Source: Octopus sinensis (lineage: Eukaryota). Taken from it: a DNA stretch of 64,000 bases. Below are positions 56,279 through 64,000 of this stretch, piece by piece. Location: the NCBI RefSeq assembly GCF_006345805.1, contig NC_043001.1, positions 5,208,001-5,272,000 of the forward strand, read 5' to 3'. Every line of letters begins with the position of its first letter. Position 1 is the first letter of the stretch. Made by a program: the position numbers and the translations under genes. The notes under the pieces are model-generated. The model was not told the origin of the DNA, did no database searches, and saw only the letters and a list, made by a program, of their open reading frames with translations.

Positions 56279-57204
56279 GGCTTATCTTTGGACACAGCCT
56301 TTTCACTGTATCATATAGTTATATGTATCCTATTCAGTGGAGATATATTTCTGCATTGATCGAAAAAAAATGAATAATAAGCTTAAGTGACTTCCGAACC
56401 AAATTTGGCTCTCAACAGAGATATCTACGTTAATTAGATTAGCCCCAGAGAAGCAAGTAGCCAAAAGAAACCCAGAAACTGCAAAGAAATGGTAGCTATC
56501 AATTTGCATAGAGTAAGTGATTAGCACTATGTTTAATATGTATTTTGCATCTGTTAATTGCATTGATTTACAGAGCCTACTAAAGATATAAACCTGCCTT
56601 CCCACCAATGCAATTCATGGTATACATAGCTGTACATTTTAGTAAATCAGAAAGTCACGTAATTCCTGAAGCACGTAGATAGCAGTAATAAAGAACTGAG
56701 AACATCTTTTTAGCGTCCATATCTTCGAACAGGCATTGTATATATACACAGAATAATATGTGCTGGAGGAAGGCATAAAAATGTTAATAATAATATCAGC
56801 ATTATGCCGTGCCAATTATTTTCATGGATATATTTCGATATATCACGTGTGACTTCATGAATGAGAGATATTAAACGGCAAAATTCATTTACGGTTTTTT
56901 CTGCATATTGTCGTGTGCACTCAAATGTACGCTGAATAAGAACCGAATGCAAAGACAGCGGAAATAAGCAACAAATAATGGATTATAGTAGAACATGTGA
57001 AAGAAATAATTTGAGCATTAATACAATGCTAACTATTTATTAAACTACAGCATCCATTTGGGGATTCCTGCATCCATGCGTAATACACCAGATGACATAT
57101 TAATCATAGCCATTGCGTTTACTACCCATTTTTGCAAAACAAGAACTACCATATTGATGATGATGATGATGATGATGATGATAAAACTATAAATAATCAT
57201 AAAA

Positions 57205-57418
57205 ATGGTTTCAAACTTTGCTACAAGGGTAGCAATTTTGGGTAAGGGGTTGAGTCCATTACATCGACCCACCAGTGTTCAAATCGTACTTATTTTATCG
57301 AACCCGTAAGAAAAAAAAGGCAAAGTCTATCTCGGCGGAATTTGAACTCAGTACGTAGCGACGGTCGAAATATGCTTAAACATTTCGTCCAGCGCGCTAA
57401 CGATTCTGCCAGCTCACC
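57205..57418 (-). mobile_element. SINE family C copy
   Basis: ggcaaagtctatctcggcggaatttgaactcag...cgattctgccagctcacc. Confidence 0.85.
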
Positions 57419-57498
57419 AATAACAATAATAATAATAATAATGATAATAATAATAATATAATAATAATATAATAATAATAATAATAATAATAATGATA

Positions 57499-57545
<47 letters not shown>

Positions 57546-57705
57546 TAATAATAATAATATAGTAATAATAATAATAATAATAATAATAGTAATAATAATA
57601 ATAATAATAATATAATGATAATGATAATAATAATAATACAATAATAATAATAATAATAATAATGATAATAAATAATAATAATAATAAAATAATAATAATA
57701 ATAAT

Positions 57706-57763
<58 letters not shown>

Positions 57764-57766
57764 TAA

Positions 57767-57807
<41 letters not shown>
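57419..57807. repeat. ~390-bp interrupted (TAA)n array
   Basis: Direct inspection. Confidence 0.95.
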
Positions 57808-57809
<2 letters not shown>

Positions 57810-57839
57810 GGAAATTTGTAGAATGAAAGAATTTGACTT

Positions 57840-58735
57840 GAAATAACATATAGAATAAAAGATAAAGTGCATGAATGTGATATTGGAAGAATTGAAAGAA
57901 AGATTAGTGACGATCAAGTTCAAACTGGAAAGATATGACGTAAGAAATGAGTAATCCAAGTAGAACAGCTTGTTTGAACCCAACCAGAATAAAAAAAACT
58001 GCTTCATAAATTATTCTGTGCGGATCGTTTCGAATTATATCAAGATTGATTTTGGACTCTCAAAATCTACTACGATGGAAAGCTTGTCAGGAGAGCAGGC
58101 ATGTGGATGTCAAGTGGCGAAATAATGAAGGCAATTGAACCTAAATCAGGTAATAAATGTCAGCGAATACTAGAGGCAGATGGAATTAAACACAACGATG
58201 TGAAAGGAAAGACAAAAAGAGAGTGCTTGCGAAGAATGATGAAATTATTGGCTTCAAAGCCGAATATCAGGAACGTAATTTCGGTACTGAACTCGTGCGC
58301 AGTTTCAGAAGTTCTGTAAGGCGCTGGAATTCAGAGTTAGACAAAGAAGGAGCTAAAGAAGTTGGACAGGAAAACAAGAAATCTCCTAACGATACAGTGA
58401 ACCTGTCATTCACGCGCAGACACCAATCACCCATACAGGAAGGGAGACGATGGAAGAAGGGGACAGATAAGTGGAGAAAACTGTGTAAGTATCGAACTCG
58501 GGGGCTTACAGAGGAAAATATCACAAAGAATGGACACAGCTGATAATGTCAGTTCGGAATGCTGGATTATTGAATGCCGAAAATGGGGAAAACAAAGGAG
58601 AAAGTACAAAAAAGGACATGGAAAAGAATAACGCAATAAGCGGCTACGGAATCAGTGCCATATTGCTGGAAAATTGGTAGGATTAGCTGAAGAAAGGGAC
58701 ACTGAAAAGCGAGTCTGAAAGCACTATACTTGCCA
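57840..58735 (+). mobile_element. Degenerate R4/Dong-like RT fragment next to (TAA)n
   Basis: Broken translation ...GIKHNDVKGKTKRECLRRMMKLLASKPNIRNVISVLNSCAVSEVL*GAGIQ...ELKKLDRKTRNLLTI..., later LKKGTLKSESE; same clade as the 10.2 kb ORF. Confidence 0.7.
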
Positions 58736-58865
58736 AACCGCCAAGTTATGGGAACATAAACGCACCAACATCGGTTGTAAAGCGATGGTCAGGGTACAAA
58801 CACAGAAACACACCAATATATACATACACACACACGCATATATATGTATATATATAATATATATA

Positions 58866-58973
<108 letters not shown>

Positions 58974-59380
58974 CAGGCGCAGGAGTGGCTGTGTGGTAAG
59001 TAGCTTGCTAACCAACCACATGGTTCCTGGTTCAGTCCCACTGCGTGGCATCTTGGGCAAGTGTTTTCTGCTATAGCCCCGGGCCGACCAATGCCTTGTG
59101 AGTGGATTTGGTAGACGGAAACTGAAAGACGCCTGTCGTATATATGTATATATATATAAGTGTGTGTGTATATGTTTGTGTGTCTGTGTTTGTCCCCCTA
59201 GCATTGCTTGACAACCGATGCTGATGTGTTTACGTCCCCGTCACTTAGCGGTTCAGCAAAAGAGACCGATAGAATAAGTACTGGGCTTACAAAGAATGAG
59301 GGTCGATTTTCTCGACTAAAGGCGGTGCTCCAGCATGGCCGCAGTCAAATGACTGAAAACAAGTAAAAGAGTAAAAGAGA
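58974..59380 (+). mobile_element. tRNA-derived SINE family A, young copy
   Basis: Highly similar to 43146-43610. Confidence 0.92.
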
Positions 59381-59443
59381 GTAAATATATATATATACAT
59401 ACACATATATATATATACATACATATATATATATACATACATA

Positions 59444-59511
<68 letters not shown>

Positions 59512-59512
<1 letters not shown>

Positions 59513-59640
59513 GATGGGCTTCTTTCAGTTTCTGTCCACCAAATCCACTCACACTTGCCAAAGATGCCACGCTGCGGAACCGAACGCGGAACAATGTGGT
59601 TGGAAAGTAAGCCTCTTACCACACAGCTACGCTGCGCCTG
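59512..59640 (-). mobile_element. SINE family A head, inverted relative to the 58974 copy
   Basis: cttctttcagtttctgtccaccaaatccactcac...cttaccacacagctacgctgcgcctg is the reverse complement of the family A head, with an internal deletion. Confidence 0.8.
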
Positions 59641-59914
59641 GCTTTGTGCAATCATTTGAAACCAATATCAACGTTTTCTTAATGAGTTCAAAAAATATGA
59701 TATAAAGTTCAGTACATGCGCAGAAAAGATGTTTAGAGCTATGCATAATTTATGAGCCATATATTATTATAAATACCACATGGCAGCTAGTGAAAAATGA
59801 ATCCGTGCTGTTATAAAGGGTATTTTATTATTCGGCAATATAGTTTGAATAACATACCGATGTTAGGCCAGACGCGATCTGTTTGACATGGCCACAAATG
59901 TGTACATACTCAAA

Positions 59915-59972
<58 letters not shown>

Positions 59973-59989
59973 CGCATACACACACACAC

Positions 59990-60031
<42 letters not shown>

Positions 60032-61019
60032 GTATATGTATAATGTATACGTATGTTTTATTCTTTAACATTCATTTATTATATTTCCCTTCGTAGAATT
60101 CAAGTAGGCCACACGTAATTGGTATATGCTTTTACTTACATAGATACAGGCCTTTTGTTTTGCGGTATGTGAATTTATTAAGTATTTGTGTTTGTGTGTG
60201 TGTTTCTATATTTCTTTTCTATGTAACTTTCTTGTGGCTTGCACAGTGGCACTAGGATATAAGAAAAAAACAACGAAAAGTACAAGGTGTATTGTTCTTT
60301 GATTTGTTCTCCATAGACAGTTTCTTTTCCCCATGCGCCCCTGTTACCTATAAGATAACGTTCTTCTTGAGTGTTTATAGGAATGTCTCACCAATTCCCT
60401 ATGTTGCTAAATGCTTGGGAATATTCTAGTTTTGGGGTGGATTTGGTATGGCATCTTGGCACGTCCAATCAGTAGGAGTTTTCTACATGACTTCTAAATG
60501 CTCTCTTACTTTTAACGGGAAGTGAATATCTTACGAATGATTTAAGACAGATTCTGATTACTATTGCACAAGCGACATTTTGTATTCTGATGTAAATTAC
60601 TTGAAGCACTCTTATCTCTCTTTTTGTTAAAATGTGTTGTATTTCTATCTTGTTCCCTGACAGGAAAATGTAGCGTTCTCAATTAACATGGCGCAGGTGC
60701 TATTAACGTTGGATACAATGCAACCGATCCTACTTATCTTACTCTATACTCTATACTCATGATAAATATACAAGAATAGTTTACCTAATCGAATGATATT
60801 GTTACCTCTCCGTTGAGTTTCCGCGTGAGGCGCTTATTCTTTCTTTATTACATTCTTTCTTTATTACATTCTTTCTTTATTAGCATTCTCCACTCCAAGC
60901 AGTCTGGAGAAATGTTCGTCCCGGCATCCACAACTCCATTTAAACTATGTTATGTTTGTGTTGCTGTGGATGTCTGAAGTCTCAAATATATTTTACTATT
61001 TTTTCTAATCCTGACATGG

Positions 61020-61660
61020 AAGTTCCAGATTCCCTCAAGTGTCTAGATTAATACCCGAAACATTTTACCCTGGCACTGAATATATTTTCTGTAAATGTAG
61101 GCATTTCTGACATTCGCCCATTTATTCCGAAATCTGTTGATATATTTCTTTCCGATCTACATTTATAAACTGTGACAATGTATGACATATTGTCGTAAAT
61201 TTCAATCTACTTTAGTATCCGTCATTGGGGAGTCGAAACGGAAAGCTATTGGCATCGATATTTTTTGTCTGTTCGACAAGTTCATTCTTCTTAATACTAA
61301 ATTAGAAAGCTTACCCATTCCAAACACCTTTCCTAAATCCTTTCATCTTATAGATAAAACTAGGGCGGGTAGTACTTATTCTCATTCCTTCCACCGATCC
61401 AAGAACTTAAACTGTGTATTTCCTTTACCGTGTTGCCCAGGTGTTAATTACTCAAACGAATATTTCGAGAGATAAATCAAAGGCCGACATAAATTTCTCT
61501 GAATGGTTGCGTGACCTGCAATAGTTAACCCATTTCCTGAGCAATCATGGTGTAAGTAGTGGCACTTCCATACATTGTATTCAGTTGATTTTCACCCAGT
61601 GACTGCTGATCCGATCTTGTTTAAATTGCTGTTCCTTCTCCTTTAATCTCCGATAACGTT
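61020..61660 (-). mobile_element. Highly degenerate R4/Dong-like fragment
   Basis: RYRRLKEKEQQFKQ, INTWA and KDLGKVFGMGKLSNLVLRR resemble R4/Dong RT segments; order appears scrambled. Confidence 0.5.
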
Positions 61661-63664
61661 AATCGACGAGGACAGTATGAATAGCAAATCTTTAAAGGAA
61701 TTGACTTTTTTTAGATGAAAGATAAGTATTCACTTTATAACTAAATGACTGACACCATGCTATGTTAAATGTATATATTCATGTATGTATGTATATGTGT
61801 AGGTATATATATTCTTGTATCGCGTGGGCACTGTTATACACTGACAAGTGTGAAACAACGCTGCAAGTCAGTACTCAATTACAGTGTAATGTCAAGAACT
61901 ACGCTATGATAATTGATTTCTATTCACATATCTCAGAATATCTCTGATGTTATATCTCTTCTCATAACTCTCATTTCTTATTCATCTTGTTTTACTGAAA
62001 ATAAGTTTCTTTGATTTAATTTTGGGGTAATGTTGTGATGGTAAACAGAAGACAACACATATTTGAAACAAAGTAACAAATATCAGGCGTAAATAATAGA
62101 TAAATATGTTGAATTGTGTGTTTGCAATATCAAATATATGAACAAAGAATATAGATTTTTCATGTATGAAATATTTATAATATTTTTGCAATAATTGTTC
62201 GTGTCTGCTGAGAATTACTGATCATTTTCAGTGAAATCTTGTATTATTCTAACATTTAAAGAACAAATATCACACTTATTGATTTATGCATTACTATTTT
62301 CTTTATCCGCTTCCATTTTCTTCTTGTGAGAATTCTACGCTCACTCTTCTTCGTAATTGTGATAATAGGGTGTTTCACATACGTTTACTTTTGTCTTTCT
62401 TTCAGCACACAAACTGGGAAACTCTCTTGATGGTTGTGTACTAATATGTTTACATCAAATTATCAATGTAGATTATTATAACAAATGTGTTGATGGGAAA
62501 TAAATTGTAAAATATCATAATTCATATTCAATTATGTCTTCCCTACAATCTGTCTAGGGAAAATCGCTTTGTCGTCGTTTTGTCTTTTACAATCACACAT
62601 TTGATAAACAACATAGAAAGAGATACATTAATAAGCCAACGTATTGCTTTTAACTAAAATCTCTCAGATCTTTAATCTAATTATATAAAACCGATATGTT
62701 ATTCTGCAAATAGTAAATTCCTATAAACAGCTTATATCAGACTTATGTGTTGCGCTTTCTATAATTTAGCCGCAAAATAAAATCCTTAAACATTAAATAT
62801 TAAATTCACTCATTTATAAATTACTAAACAGTCAGAAAAAGCAATATCCGTCGTTTTCTTGCATAGAAAAGATATAATTATAATTATGAATGGTAATGAT
62901 TTTAAACATAGTATATAAGGGTATGAGTGTCTGTGGTTATGTGTGTGTATGTGTGTATGTTTGTAGCCGTGCGCTTATGTTAGTGTTTGTATTATTTTGG
63001 TGGTGTCTGTCTAAAGGATGTGTATTCAGAAAGTAAAATTTGAAAACCTAACAAGCCATTCCTCGAATTATACATCATTTCATAAATTATACAGACTCAA
63101 TGTTTCTAACGAAAGCTAAATGCAATCTTCCTCTGTAATGGTTTCTTGTTATCGGAAGAAAAATAACGCAACTTTATAAGAGAAAGCAAGATACAAACAA
63201 AAGAAGAGTGCAGTAGCAGGAAAAATCAGTGAAGAAGAGTTAATAGAGAAAGGTGACGAGTGAGAAATATTAGGATGGAGCAACATAAGCAAAGGTGCGG
63301 CAAAAGAAATGATGTTAAATAATAATAAAGGTACGAGATGTAGATATATAAACTCTTATCAAGAGGGTTGGAAAAGGGTAGAGATAGAGGAGGCTGCAAT
63401 GTATATATTATATGATCAGCTCGATGGATGAAGAGAGTCGTGATGGTCGTCGAATATGTGCGATTGATAAACAATCGGAGCGTAAACAGTTTTATAACCA
63501 ACTGCCATCTTGCAGCAAATTTTACGCTAAGTAATAATTACCTTGTTATTGCTGCCGAACGAAAAGATATACTTGAAAACTTTAAAAGAAGAACAGTAGT
63601 GGGGGAGATTCGCACACCAGAAATCTAAGATTTTTACGGTAACGAAATCTATATTTGCAACTAC

Positions 63665-64000
63665 AATGAAGACTATATTCTTGCTCACCGTCCATATTGT
63701 TCCAGCTTCCGTCCTACTGCGTCGCATCTTCGGCAAGCGTCTTCTAATGAGTCTCGGACCAGCCAGGGCACTCTGAATGTATTTGGTAAATGGAAATTGA
63801 AAGCCCGCTGTATTATATGTGTTTGTGTTTCTCTGTGTGTGTGTATGTATGTGTGTGTGTTTGTGTGTTTGTGAATGTGTGTGTGTGTGTGTGTAACTAT
63901 GTCTATGCACACGTACGCGCATTTATTTCTGTGTTACATTCGCAGCACCGGTATACAACCGTTGTTGGTGTGTATCTATCATTGTAACTTGGCGGTTCGA
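63665..64000 (+). mobile_element. SINE family A, old copy, cut by the window end
   Basis: ctactgcgtcgcatcttcggcaagcgtcttct...tttggtaaatggaaattgaaag, internal TG tract, gtaacttggcggttcg. Confidence 0.7.

Noticed and set aside
54955-56952. ORFs 54955-55242 (+) and 56710-56952 (-) with ordinary amino-acid composition
   Set aside because: No recognisable domain and no convincing paired splice sites; lengths expected by chance
63424-63533. Short frame MDEESRDGRRICAIDKQSERKQFYNQLPSCSKFYAK
   Set aside because: Weak donor, no homology recognised, no supporting neighbouring exon

Overview
AT-rich animal genomic DNA, most likely from an octopus (coleoid cephalopod). This is inferred from the tRNA-derived SINE families and the very dense (TA)n/(CA)n/(TAA)n/(GAT)n microsatellites. 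I can recognise no host protein-coding gene; the window looks intronic or intergenic, and most ORFs in the track are microsatellite read-throughs. Supported content: R4/Dong-clade retrotransposon fragments associated with (TAA)n (one has an intact ~250-codon CCHC + restriction-like endonuclease end), RTE and CR1-like LINE fragments, one near-full-length and two partial decayed mariner transposases, a piggyBac-like left end, a non-autonomous Helitron, several palindromic MITEs and many SINE copies. The most unusual structures are (i) a ~1.2 kb + ~1.2 kb diverged inverted duplication at 48.15-51.4 kb, (ii) a fold-back mariner MITE whose inverted repeats carry an RFX X-box, next to a separate perfect X-box, (iii) a (TAA)-tailed non-coding repeat that may be mobilised by Dong elements, and (iv) a few low-confidence phase-compatible exon candidates. 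All alignments and translations were done by eye. I do not claim a confirmed new system.
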